From Candidatus Eiseniibacteriota bacterium (lineage in GTDB: Bacteria > Eisenbacteria > RBG-16-71-46 > CAIMUX01 > VGJL01), in contig JBHGAY010000002.1 of NCBI GenBank assembly GCA_041946735.1, positions 1 through 64,000 of the forward strand: 64,000 nt of DNA. Direction: 5' to 3'. The notes under the pieces are model-generated. The model ran no database searches, was not told the origin of the DNA, and worked only from the letters and a program-made list of their open reading frames with translations. Positions 28,778 through 38,398 of the stretch are shown here, piece by piece (position 1 is the first letter of the stretch; the number at the start of each line of letters is the position of its first letter). A program made the translations under genes and the position numbers.

Positions 28778-30756
28778 AGCCCCGCGGCCGGCATGCAGCG
28801 CAGCGGCGGCGCAGGCTCTCGGCAGCGTTGGCCGTGGCGATCCTCCTGATTCTCCCGGCGCGGGCGGCGACCGCGTCGGATCTGCCGAAGTGGGCGTCTG
28901 CGAGCGTCGCCGCATCCCGGGAAGCGACCGACGCGGCGCTCCAGGTCTTCCCCGATGCCGAGACGGTCCAGATCCTCTGGAGCGAGGAGATGGAGGTGGA
29001 CCGGGAGAACTGCCGCTCGATCGTCCTGCGCGAGGTCTACCAGGTCCGCCAGGGGAGCGGAGGGGACATCGGCCAGATCGCCTTCTCGGAATCGGACGAC
29101 ACGCGCCTCCAGTCGATCCGGATCTGGCGCAAGGACGCGAGCGGAAGGGTCGAGGAGTTCCACAAACCGGCGGTGAGCCAGGAAGGGGGCGAGCTGTACA
29201 GCGACGACAAGAAGTATGTCGTCGGAGCGACGGGCATCGGCGCAGGGGCGACGGTCGCCCGGGAGGTGGTCTATCGCAGCGCGCGTCGCGACGTGTGGGT
29301 CGACGACCTGCCGGCGCATCAGGACTTCCCGGTCTTGCGATGGGAGTACCGCCTTCGCCTTCCCGCGGGCTGGCAGGCGCAAGCGTTCTGGAGCGACTAC
29401 GACTCGGCGACGCTGACTCCGGCGCCGCCTCCGGCGCTCGACGAAGAGTGCAGGGTCTGGACCCGGGAGCGTATCGGCGTCGCGACCGAGGAAGAGCCGT
29501 TCGCCCCGACCGACTCGCGCCTCGCCCCGGTGTTTCTCGTGCGCTACGGCCCGGCCGCAGAACTTCCGATGGACGCCTGGCCGGAGATCGCCGACTGGTA
29601 CGCGGCCTACAGCGTCACCGGCCTCGAGGGGCGCGAGTCGTTGCGCGAGGAGGTTGCGCATCGGATCGAGGGAGCTACGACGCGCGAGGAGCGGATCGCG
29701 AGGGTCGCGGAGTTCGTCCGGGCGTCGGTCCGCTATGTCCAGATCTACCTGGGCGACGGCGGCTACCGCCCGCACCCGGCCGCGGCCGTCTTCCGGAACC
29801 GCTTCGGCGACTGCAAGGACATGGCGCACCTGGCTGTCGCGATGCTCGACCTTGCGGGAGTCCGGGCGTTTCCCGTGCTCGCACAGACGTGGTCGCGCAA
29901 CCGGGTGTGGCGCGAGTTCCCCTCCCAGGGATTCGACCACTGCATCGTCGCGATCGAGTCCGAGGGTCCGGCTGCCGAGAGCGGATACCTCTTCTTCGAT
30001 CCGACCGCCAAGTGCGTCCCGGTCGGGCGGCTCCCGACCGGGCTCGATGGGAGCGCAGCGCTCGTGATCGACGGCAAGCCCGACGGCCGCCTGATCGAGC
30101 TGCCGGCGATGAACGCACCGGAAAACGGCACGGCGACGCGCGGCGTGATCGCGCTGGAGCCCGGACTGGGGGCGGTGGCGACGATCGAGCAGATCCGCTT
30201 CGGACATGCGGCGCACGACACGCGCGACGCGCTCCGGGACGATACGGCGGAGGAGCGGGAGCAATGGGTGGCCCGGGGACTGCGCGACTCCTTTGCCGGG
30301 GCGAAGATCCTCTCGCTCGACTATCCCGATCTCGACAGGATCTCCGACACGCTCACGATCCGGTTCACGGCGCGAATCCCGCAAGCGGGCCGTCCGGCCT
30401 CCGGCCTGCTCCTGCTGCAGCCGGACTTCCTGACCGCCCGCGCGGCGCTGCTCTTTCCGAGGAAGGAACGAAGCCGCCCGGTCTCCTTCGCGTCGCTCGA
30501 GCGCGCCGAGACGGCGCTCGAGATCCGCTTGCCGGAGGAGTGGACGGCGGAGTCGATCCCGGCGCCCGCGCGCTTCGAGAACCAGGTGGGCAGCTACCAA
30601 CGGAGCTACGAGGTGGAAGACGGCGTCGTGCGGCTGCGTCGCGTGGAGGAGCTGCGCAGCCGCACGGTCCCGGCGTCGCGCTACTCGCTCGTCCAGGACT
30701 GGGACCGTGCGATCGTCGAAGGGGACCGCCAGCGCCTCGCCCTGCGAATGCGCTGA
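28774..30756 (+). CDS. DUF3857 and transglutaminase domain protein
   Basis: ATGA overlap with upstream gene; VRYV, FGDCKDMA, FDHCI, FFDPT catalytic triad motifs. Confidence 0.85.
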   Translation: MKPRGRHAAQRRRRLSAALAVAILLILPARAATASDLPKWASASVAASREATDAALQVFPDAETVQILWSEEMEVDRENCRSIVLREVYQVRQGSGGDIGQIAFSESDDTRLQSIRIWRKDASGRVEEFHKPAVSQEGGELYSDDKKYVVGATGIGAGATVAREVVYRSARRDVWVDDLPAHQDFPVLRWEYRLRLPAGWQAQAFWSDYDSATLTPAPPPALDEECRVWTRERIGVATEEEPFAPTDSRLAPVFLVRYGPAAELPMDAWPEIADWYAAYSVTGLEGRESLREEVAHRIEGATTREERIARVAEFVRASVRYVQIYLGDGGYRPHPAAAVFRNRFGDCKDMAHLAVAMLDLAGVRAFPVLAQTWSRNRVWREFPSQGFDHCIVAIESEGPAAESGYLFFDPTAKCVPVGRLPTGLDGSAALVIDGKPDGRLIELPAMNAPENGTATRGVIALEPGLGAVATIEQIRFGHAAHDTRDALRDDTAEEREQWVARGLRDSFAGAKILSLDYPDLDRISDTLTIRFTARIPQAGRPASGLLLLQPDFLTARAALLFPRKERSRPVSFASLERAETALEIRLPEEWTAESIPAPARFENQVGSYQRSYEVEDGVVRLRRVEELRSRTVPASRYSLVQDWDRAIVEGDRQRLALRMR

Positions 30757-30922
30757 CGCGCCGCTGCCCGTTTCCCCTTCCTGGTGTCGCGCTAGAGATT
30801 CGGGCGCCGGGGGACGGCGGGGGGCCCGGCCGCCTCGCGCCCGCTTGGCCACGCCGGCCACCGACCCGCGCGTCCTGCCTGCCAACCGCGCGCACCTCGC
30901 CCGCCCCGCCGCCCCGCGCGGA

Positions 30923-30951
30923 TTGACACAAAGTTCTGCCGGGCATAGCCT
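30923..30951 (+). promoter_or_regulatory. Sigma70-type promoter for the cit cluster
   Basis: TTGACA-N17-TAGCCT, about 165 bp upstream of citC. Confidence 0.7.
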
Positions 30952-31116
30952 TCTGATTGGTGTTGGGAGAGACGACGGGAGGGCCGGCGAGTTCACTCGG
31001 CCGGCGGGATCGTCCACGGGTTGCCCCTTTCCGATCGCCCGCGAGGTTCCGATGATGTCCCGGATGATGCGCTACGCCGGCCGCGCGGCTGCCGCCGCCG
31101 ACGCGTCGGGTCGCCG

Positions 31117-32190
31117 ATGACCGGCGCGGTACGACTCCGCGCCCCTCGGGAGATCGCCGAGGCGCGCGAGCTGATCGAGGCGGACGGGCTCCAGTTCGAG
31201 AACGACGCCGACGACATGGTCGGCGTCTACGACGGGGACCGGCTGATCGCGACCGCTTCGCGAGCCGGTTACGTGTTCAAGATGTTCGCGATCGACCCGG
31301 GCTACCGCGGCGGCGAGGCGTTCGGCGAGCTGATCACGGAACTCCTGCGGAGCGGTCGCGCGGCGGGACATTCCTCGTTCTTCGTCTACACCCGCCCCGA
31401 GCATGCCCAGAGCTTCGAGGCGGCCAACTTCCGGCTGCTCGTCGCGCATGGCCCGGTCGCCCTGCTCGAATACGGCGGCGGGCTGGAGGCCTATCTCGAC
31501 GCGCACTCGCGATGGCAGGCTCCCGCTGCGGGCTCTTGCGGGTCGGTCGTCGTCAACGCGAACCCGTTCACGCTGGGTCACCTCCATCTCGTCGAGCGCG
31601 CGGCCGCGCGCACCGGCGCGCTCTACCTCTTCGTCGTCCGCGAGGACCGGTCGGTGTTTCCGTTCGCAATCCGCGAGAGGCTCGTCCGCGCAGGAACCTC
31701 GCATCTGCCCAACGTCCGCGTGCTCGACACCTCGCGCTACTCGATCAGCGCCGCCACGTTCCCTTCCTACTTCCTGAAGAAGGTGGACGCCGTGGCGCTC
31801 GCGCAGATGCAGATCGACCTGCGGCTGTTCGCTTCTCGCATCGCGCCGTACTTCTCGATTCGATCGCGTTTCGTGGGAGAGGAGCCGTACTGCGCGACGA
31901 CGGCGGCCTACAACCGCGCGATGGCCGAGGTGCTGCCGGAGTACGGGATCGATCTCGTCGTGATTCCGAGGAAAGAGCATGCCGGAGCGGCGATCAGCGC
32001 GACGCGCGTTCGCGAAGCGATGGCCGCCGGCGTGCCACAGACGATCGAGGCCTGCGTGCCTCCTTCGACCTATCAATTCCTGCGATCCGCGGAGGGAGAA
32101 GCGATCGCCGCCCGGCTCCGTGAGCGGTCGCGTCATGAGAGCACCGAAAGGACCGAGAGGACCGAGAGGTCCGAGAGGACCGAATCATGA
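31117..32190 (+). CDS. citC: [Citrate (pro-3S)-lyase] ligase
   Basis: N-terminal GNAT-like part; VVNANPFTLGH, YSISAATFPSYFLK, RFVGEEPYC, ISATRVR. Confidence 0.93.
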   Translation: MTGAVRLRAPREIAEARELIEADGLQFENDADDMVGVYDGDRLIATASRAGYVFKMFAIDPGYRGGEAFGELITELLRSGRAAGHSSFFVYTRPEHAQSFEAANFRLLVAHGPVALLEYGGGLEAYLDAHSRWQAPAAGSCGSVVVNANPFTLGHLHLVERAAARTGALYLFVVREDRSVFPFAIRERLVRAGTSHLPNVRVLDTSRYSISAATFPSYFLKKVDAVALAQMQIDLRLFASRIAPYFSIRSRFVGEEPYCATTAAYNRAMAEVLPEYGIDLVVIPRKEHAGAAISATRVREAMAAGVPQTIEACVPPSTYQFLRSAEGEAIAARLRERSRHESTERTERTERSERTES

Positions 32191-32450
32191 AGATCCGACG
32201 AAAGGCGAGCGCCGGGACGATGCAATCGAGCGACCTGACGGTGGTCGTCGAGCCGGCCGAGCGGCTGACGATCGAGATCGAGTCGACGGTGAAGAAGCAG
32301 TTCGAGGAGCTGATCCGAGAGAGGATCCAGAGCGTCCTCGACCGGCTCGGCGTCGCATCGGGTTCGATCAAGGTATCGGACCGCGGCGCCCTGGACTATG
32401 CGATCGAAGCGCGCGTCGAGGCGGCCCTGCGGCGCGCCGGGGAGGAATAG
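32187..32450 (+). CDS. citD: Citrate lyase acyl carrier protein (gamma subunit)
   Basis: AGTMQSSD (prosthetic-group Ser), STVKKQF, DRGALD. Confidence 0.95.
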   Translation: MKIRRKASAGTMQSSDLTVVVEPAERLTIEIESTVKKQFEELIRERIQSVLDRLGVASGSIKVSDRGALDYAIEARVEAALRRAGEE

Positions 32451-32452
32451 AG

Positions 32453-32923
32453 ATGGAGCAGTTCTGGTACAGGGAGTGCCGGTCCGGGCGCCGGTTCATC
32501 ATCAAGATCCTGCCCGGAGCGGATCTGCTCGAGCAGCTCCTGTGGTTCGCGCGCACGGTCGGTCTGAAGCACGCGGTGATGCTCTCCGCGATCGGCTCGG
32601 TCCGGAACGTGCAGTTCAGCGACATCCAGGCGGGCGCCTGCCTCCCGATCACCGCGCCTCGCATGCCGGTCCACGTCGTCGAAGGACCGCTCGACCTCCT
32701 CGGAATCGAAGGGAATCTCGCCCCCAACGAGGAGGGGCGCGTCGAGCCGCACCTGCACATCTCCGGCTCGAAATCCTCGGGAGAGGTGATCGGCGGCCAC
32801 CTGATGAAGGCGGAGGTCTTCGCGACCTGCGAGATGGTCGTCGCGGAGTACATCGTCGAGGGAGTCGAGCGGCATCGCTCGAGCGAGGGCGGGATCGACA
32901 CTCTCTACTTCGAGGAGCGGTAG
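32453..32923 (+). CDS. PPC/DUF296 domain protein
   Basis: SAIGS, GNL, HLHI and GGHL metal-binding motifs, TCEM. Confidence 0.85.
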   Translation: MEQFWYRECRSGRRFIIKILPGADLLEQLLWFARTVGLKHAVMLSAIGSVRNVQFSDIQAGACLPITAPRMPVHVVEGPLDLLGIEGNLAPNEEGRVEPHLHISGSKSSGEVIGGHLMKAEVFATCEMVVAEYIVEGVERHRSSEGGIDTLYFEER

Positions 32924-32925
32924 CG

Positions 32926-33849
32926 ATGGACGCGCCTTGGAAGCTCCGCCGCTCCCTCCTCTACGTCCCGGGAAACATGCCCGGGATGCTGCAGAACATT
33001 CCGGTGTTCGACGCGGACGGCGTCATGATCGATCTCGAGGACGCGGTTCCGCTCAACGAGAAGGACGCCGCCCGCATCCTCGCCCGAAGCTTCCTCAAGA
33101 TGTACGTCGACCGCCGCCAGGAAGTGTTCGTCCGGATCAACGGGCTCGACACCAAGTACGGCCTGGACGATCTCCACGAGGTCCTGCCGGCGCTTCCCGA
33201 TGGGATTCGCCTCCCGAAGGCCGACCGTCCCGAGGTGGTCGAGCGCCTCGACACCATCCTGACCGAGTCCGAGGAGCGGCTGCGCCTGCCGATCGGTCAC
33301 TTCAAAATCATTCCTTCGATCGAGAGCGCGATCGGGATCTTGAACTGCGTGCGGACCGCGGAGTCGTCGAAGCGGATCGTCGCCCTCGCCTTCGGCGCGG
33401 AGGACTACACAGCCTCGATGGAGATCCACCGCACGAAGACCGGCGAGGAGCTGTTCAACGCGCGCACGCGGATCGTCTGGGCGGCGAAGGCGGCAGGCAT
33501 TCAAGCGATCGATTCGATCTTCTCGGACGTGAACGACATGGACGGGCTCCGCGCGGAGACGGAGCTGATCAAGCGTCTCGGCTTCACGGGCAAGTCGCTC
33601 GTCAATCCGCGCCAGATCGAGGTGATCCACGAGGTGTTCCGCCCGAAGCCGGAGGAGATCGAGGACGCGCTCGAGGTGATCGAGGCGATCAAGAGAGCGC
33701 GCGAGATGGGAACCGGAGTGATCTCGGTCCGAGGAAAGATGGTCGACGCGCCGGTCGTGAAGCGCGCGGCGCGAATCCTCAGGACCGCCATCGCTTTCGG
33801 AATGATCGAGTACGAGCTGACTGACGAGGTGATCCTTGGCCAAGAATAG
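32926..33849 (+). CDS. citE: Citrate lyase beta subunit (citryl-ACP lyase)
   Basis: RRSLLYVPGN, DLEDAV, FGAEDY, GK-x-x-NPRQI, GKMVDAPV. Confidence 0.95.
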   Translation: MDAPWKLRRSLLYVPGNMPGMLQNIPVFDADGVMIDLEDAVPLNEKDAARILARSFLKMYVDRRQEVFVRINGLDTKYGLDDLHEVLPALPDGIRLPKADRPEVVERLDTILTESEERLRLPIGHFKIIPSIESAIGILNCVRTAESSKRIVALAFGAEDYTASMEIHRTKTGEELFNARTRIVWAAKAAGIQAIDSIFSDVNDMDGLRAETELIKRLGFTGKSLVNPRQIEVIHEVFRPKPEEIEDALEVIEAIKRAREMGTGVISVRGKMVDAPVVKRAARILRTAIAFGMIEYELTDEVILGQE

Positions 33850-35374
33850 CCTCGGGCGAGACATTCCCGACACCTGGCACGGCAAGAAGCTGATCCCCTA
33901 CACCGATCCCTGGTCGCTGATGCCCGACGTAGACCGCGGCACGCGCCCGCTCGTCCGGAGGAACCCGGGCGAGAGCAAGGTGCTTCCCGATCTGCGCGCG
34001 GCGATCGAGAAGTGCGGCCTGCAGGACGGAATGACGATCGCGACCCACCATCACCTGCGCAACGGCGACCTGTTGCTGAACCTCCTCGTGCAGGAGATCG
34101 AGGCGATGGGGATCCGGGACATCACGATCGCTTCGAGCTCCGTGCACCAGGTGCACGCGGAGATCATCCCGCAGATCCGCAAGGGGGTGGTGACGAAGTT
34201 CGAGACGGGGGTCAACGGGCTGATCGGAGAAATGGTCAGCAAGGGGGAGCTGGACTGCCCGATCGTCGTGCGAAGCCACGGGGGCCGCGCGCGGTCGCTC
34301 GTGACGAGCGAAGTGCCGGTCGACGTGGCATTCATCGCGGCCCCGTGCTGCGACGAGACCGGGAACCTGAACGGGGTGAGCGGTCCTTCCGCCTGCGGGA
34401 GCCTCGGCTACGCCTTCACCGACGCCCGCTACGCGAAGAAGGTGGTCGCGGTCACCGACAACCTCGTCCCCTATCCCGCCGCGCCCGTCAGCATCTCGCA
34501 GAGCGACGTGGACTACGTGGTCGCGATCGAGTCGCTCGGGGATCCGAAGAAGATCGTCTCGACGACGACGCGCGTCACGCGCGACCCGGCCGGGCTGCTG
34601 ATCGCGCGCTACGCCGCGGAGGTGATCGAGGCGTCCGGCTTGCTGAAGGACGGCTTCTCGTTCCAGACCGGCGCCGGAGGCACCTCGCTCGCCGTCGCCG
34701 AAGCGGTGAAGCGGAAGATGCTCGCCAACAAGATCCGCGGAAGCTTCGGTTGCGGCGGGATCACCGGCTACTTCGTCGACATGCTCGAGGAGGGGTACTT
34801 CCAGACGCTGTTCGACGTGCAGTGCTTCGACCTCCGGGCGGTCGAGTCGATCGGCCGCAATCTCCGGCACCGCGAGATCTCCGCCGATCTCTACGCGAAT
34901 CCCTTCAATCGCGGGTCGGTGGTCAACATGCTCGACGTCGTGATCCTCGGGGCAACCGAGGTCGACGTGAACTTCAACGTCAACGTGAACACCGAGTCGA
35001 ACGGCTACCTGCTGCACAATACCGGCGGGCACAGCGACACGGCGGCGGGCGCGAAGCTCGCGATCGTCGTGGCTCCTTCGATCCGCGGCCGGCTGCCGAT
35101 CATCCGTGACGAGCTGACGACGATCACGTCCCCCGGCGAGACGATCGACGTCGTGGTGACGGAGCGAGGGATCGCCGTCGCGGACCGCCACCAGGAGCTG
35201 AAGCAGGAGCTTCAGAAGCGCCGCCTGCCGGTGAAGGAGATCCGGGCTCTCCACAAGGAGATCTGCGACCTGACCGGCCGGCCCCGTCCCGTCGAGTTCA
35301 CCGACGAGGTGGTGGCGCTGATCGAGTACCGGGACGGATCGATCATCGACGCCGTGCGGCGGGTCAAGGAATGA
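33836..35374 (+). CDS. citF: Citrate lyase alpha subunit (citrate CoA-transferase)
   Basis: TTG start after GAGGTG; DGMTI-x-x-HHHLRNGD, RSHGGR, FSFQTGAGG, GGHSDTAAGA. Confidence 0.96.
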   Translation: MAKNSLGRDIPDTWHGKKLIPYTDPWSLMPDVDRGTRPLVRRNPGESKVLPDLRAAIEKCGLQDGMTIATHHHLRNGDLLLNLLVQEIEAMGIRDITIASSSVHQVHAEIIPQIRKGVVTKFETGVNGLIGEMVSKGELDCPIVVRSHGGRARSLVTSEVPVDVAFIAAPCCDETGNLNGVSGPSACGSLGYAFTDARYAKKVVAVTDNLVPYPAAPVSISQSDVDYVVAIESLGDPKKIVSTTTRVTRDPAGLLIARYAAEVIEASGLLKDGFSFQTGAGGTSLAVAEAVKRKMLANKIRGSFGCGGITGYFVDMLEEGYFQTLFDVQCFDLRAVESIGRNLRHREISADLYANPFNRGSVVNMLDVVILGATEVDVNFNVNVNTESNGYLLHNTGGHSDTAAGAKLAIVVAPSIRGRLPIIRDELTTITSPGETIDVVVTERGIAVADRHQELKQELQKRRLPVKEIRALHKEICDLTGRPRPVEFTDEVVALIEYRDGSIIDAVRRVKE

Positions 35375-35417
35375 CGGCAGCCGTGTCGCGCAGCGGGTGC
35401 TCGAGAAGGATCGAGGA

Positions 35418-35927
35418 ATGACCGTCTCGCGAAGCGATCTCCTCGCGGCGCGTGAGGAGCAGGAGTCGCGCATCCGGCTCCTGGTGGCACGGTCCTGCGA
35501 CGGCTCGACGTCGCTGGTCTACATCACGACGAACGTCCCGGGACCGGAGAAGGACCGCCAGGAGCTGGGCGGACTGATGGCGCAGGCAGTGCAACGGCTC
35601 CTCGAGCGGTTCGACGGTGGGAGAGCGGTCGACACGGGCCGGGGACCGCTCGGCCCCTACGCGGCTGTCGCGTGTCCGGGCGATCCGTCGCTCGTGAAGC
35701 GGGCGGCCGTCGAGATCGAAGGAACGCTCCCGGGCGGGAGGCTCCTCGACCTCGACGTCTATGATCGCAAGGGGCGCGCGCTCGATCGTACCGCGCTCGC
35801 GCTGCCGCAGCGCTCGTGCCTCGTGTGCCGCGAACCGGCACGCGAGTGCATCCGGGCCGGCAGGCATTCTCCCGAGCAGCTCGAGGAAGCGGTCCGTGAA
35901 CTCCTCGCTCGTTTCCGATCCCTCTAG
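35418..35927 (+). CDS. citX: Apo-citrate lyase phosphoribosyl-dephospho-CoA transferase
   Basis: LLAARE, NVPGPEK, GRLLDLDV, RSCLVC...CIR. Confidence 0.9.
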   Translation: MTVSRSDLLAAREEQESRIRLLVARSCDGSTSLVYITTNVPGPEKDRQELGGLMAQAVQRLLERFDGGRAVDTGRGPLGPYAAVACPGDPSLVKRAAVEIEGTLPGGRLLDLDVYDRKGRALDRTALALPQRSCLVCREPARECIRAGRHSPEQLEEAVRELLARFRSL

Positions 35928-36696
35928 GTCGGCTCGCAGGTTGGCTCGCGCCCTCGTGGAAGGGGCGCGCCGCGAGTTGGACCTGACCCCCAAGCCCGGT
36001 CTCGTCGATCGCTGGGACAACGGTTCCCATCCGGACCTGAGCTACGAGCAGATGCAGCGCTCCATCGATCTGCTGCCCGTCTACTTCGAAGAGTTGCTCG
36101 CGATCGGCGGAGCGAGCGACCTTGCGGCGGCGATCCGAGCGGGGCAGGCCGCGGAGGCTCGGATGCTCCGGGCGACCGGCGGAACGAACACGCACAAGGG
36201 GTACATCTTCCTGAGCGGACTGACGCTGCTCGCGGGGTCGCGGGACTTCCACATCTCTTCTCTCCCTGTCTCCGCGATCCTCCGGCCCGCGATCGCTCGC
36301 ATCGCGCATGCGTTCTTCGAGACGGCCGACCCGCGCCGCGGAGAAGAGGGCGGGATTCGATCGGAAGCGCTCGCGGGTCTCCCCTGCGTCTTCGAGATCG
36401 GTTTGCCCGCGTATGAGGAGAGGCTGCGCCGCAACGCAGACGAGACGGTCGCGGCGTTCGAGCTCATGGGGCGCCTCATGATCCACCTGGATGACACGAC
36501 GGCAAGGCGTCGCTGCGGCCCCGAGGGGAACGCGATCCTGCGCGCGGACGGCGCGCGCCTGCTCGAGATCGTGGACGCGGGCGTCGATCCGCGCCCCTTC
36601 CTGGTCGAGCGCAACGAGGAGTACCGGAGGATGCGCCTGACGATGGGCGGCGTCGCCGACTGCATGGCGATCTGCTTCGCTCTCCATCGCATGTAG
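35896..36696 (+). CDS. citG: Triphosphoribosyl-dephospho-CoA synthase
   Basis: LTPKPGLVD, ATGGTNTHKG, DDTT, GGVAD; GTG start approximate. Confidence 0.9.
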   Translation: MNSSLVSDPSRSARRLARALVEGARRELDLTPKPGLVDRWDNGSHPDLSYEQMQRSIDLLPVYFEELLAIGGASDLAAAIRAGQAAEARMLRATGGTNTHKGYIFLSGLTLLAGSRDFHISSLPVSAILRPAIARIAHAFFETADPRRGEEGGIRSEALAGLPCVFEIGLPAYEERLRRNADETVAAFELMGRLMIHLDDTTARRRCGPEGNAILRADGARLLEIVDAGVDPRPFLVERNEEYRRMRLTMGGVADCMAICFALHRM

Positions 36697-36741
36697 ACAT
36701 ACAGCGAGCAGCGCCCGCCGCGCGGGCCCGCCGGCGACGGC

Positions 36742-36760
36742 GAGGCGGCGGGAATCGAAC
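36742..36760. repeat. Distal att core (duplicate of the tmRNA 3' end)
   Basis: Identical to 41842-41860. Confidence 0.9.
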
Positions 36761-37083
36761 TCGAATTCGGGCGAAAACCTAACTTGGTGACGCTGCGCGA
36801 CTTCGGACGCAACGGATTCGAGGATGAAGAGTTACCGCCGCCTTCGCACTTCCCCTTGGTCCCCTCGGGTCCCCCGCAATCCCCCCTGGTCGTGGAGGTA
36901 TTCTGGAGGCGTCGGGGCAGGTTCCCGCTGCCTCGGCGGGCAGAAGCCCCTCACGGCCTGCAGCACTTCTTCTTGTGGTGAGCAAGCGCCGATCTCTGCT
37001 GGTCCGTGCCTCAGTGGCCAGACATGAATCCAGGCAACGGCCTCCCCTATCCCGACCTGGTCTCCAATCTGTCCAGAAGGAAT

Positions 37084-38061
37084 CTAGGAGGTTGGTGGAC
37101 CTCCCCACTCGACACCTCGCTCGGTAGCGAGTGGCTGCTCCCGGAGGGGTCGGTCGATCGCGATGGCGTCGATCGCTTCCGTGAAGGCGTCCTGCGCGGC
37201 CAGCACGAGCGAAGAGACGTAATCCAGGGCATGCCGCGCGTCGGGTATGTGCTCTTGCTCCGTCTTCCCCGTGTTGATGTTGACGTGCCATGACCCGTCC
37301 GCGGTCGTGACGATCCCTAGACGAGCGTAGAGGCGCTGGAACCGGCCCGTCTCTGCCATCGAGATTCCCAAGGAGGCAAGTGCCACCTCGGCCCGGAGCT
37401 TCTCAATGGCTTGGCCAAGAGTCAGGGCAACCTTGCCCTCCTTCGCTTGCCACCCCGTGATTTGACGCATCGACCAGTTGTCCTCGTTCGTGCTCTGCCG
37501 GAGTGCATAGGCGACGGACTCGAACGCGATCTTCATCGCCACTAGGGTGACGAACGCGTGCCCCTGATCAAGGACGTACGCGGCATCGGCGATGAGCTGC
37601 CGCAGGTGCGGGTTTCTGATCGCATCGGAGAGCGCGTATGTGGCAAACACAAAGCCGTACACCTTGTCGAAGGTGGTTGCCATGAAGGTTTCGACCGGAG
37701 AGACAAAACGCAGCGCTTCCGTCGGGTCCGGGACGTGAGCGTGATGCTGAACGAGGTTCCGGACCCGGTGGAGCCGATCGAGTTCTTGGTAGTGCGGGAG
37801 GCCAGCCAGGCCGACCTGCTTTGCGAGCTTGGAGGCCTCCGTCCAGAGGGAGGACCGCTTTCGGTCGTCTGGCAGTGCCACTTGGGACTCGTGCGGAATG
37901 TCGATCACGTACAGATTGAGGGCCTGCTCGACGGCCAAATCGAGAAACAGGACGCCTCGCATTGCCGCCGATGGCTCTCCGACGCCTGCGGCCTTCTTCC
38001 CCTCAGTGAAGAAGCCATGGGTCAGAAGGAGCAGTCGCGGATTCGTTGGGGCATGCGGCAC
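37084..38061 (-). CDS. Hypothetical protein with N-terminal HEPN-like domain
   Basis: GTG 38061 with GGGAGG RBS; helical N-terminal region with DLAVE and R-N-x-x-x-H motif (RNLVQH, 37744-37761). Confidence 0.6.
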   Translation of the reverse strand: MPHAPTNPRLLLLTHGFFTEGKKAAGVGEPSAAMRGVLFLDLAVEQALNLYVIDIPHESQVALPDDRKRSSLWTEASKLAKQVGLAGLPHYQELDRLHRVRNLVQHHAHVPDPTEALRFVSPVETFMATTFDKVYGFVFATYALSDAIRNPHLRQLIADAAYVLDQGHAFVTLVAMKIAFESVAYALRQSTNEDNWSMRQITGWQAKEGKVALTLGQAIEKLRAEVALASLGISMAETGRFQRLYARLGIVTTADGSWHVNINTGKTEQEHIPDARHALDYVSSLVLAAQDAFTEAIDAIAIDRPLREQPLATERGVEWGGPPTS

Positions 38062-38398
38062 CGTGTCATCCTCCCGGGACGGAGGATAACGCGATGCCAC
38101 GTGAACCTCCACCGGAGGCTCGACCGCATGGTCGCCCTTCAAAGCCCTCACTCACACCCAGAATTCGCGCAGGCGCGCGGGAGCGGGGTCACTCGGGCCT
38201 CGGTCTCGCCAGCGCCTTCCCAAGCCCTCTGGCCCTCCAATCACGCCACCCGCTGGCCTCATTTTTTGTTCCGCTGGCACAAGCAGTGCTAACATAGCTC
38301 GGCAGTGGACGAGTCTCGCGTTTGCAGACTCGTCCCGGAGCGCAAGTAGCTAGTGACAGTCGAGGAGGTGTCCCACGAGCCAGACGTTTGCGACTCTG

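Noticed and set aside
23281..30756. Very long ORFs 23281-26535 and 26602-30756 as single fusion proteins
   Set aside because: Their N-terminal parts are Arg/Gly-rich off-frame shadows of upstream genes; the real starts overlap the upstream stop codons (24910, 28774).
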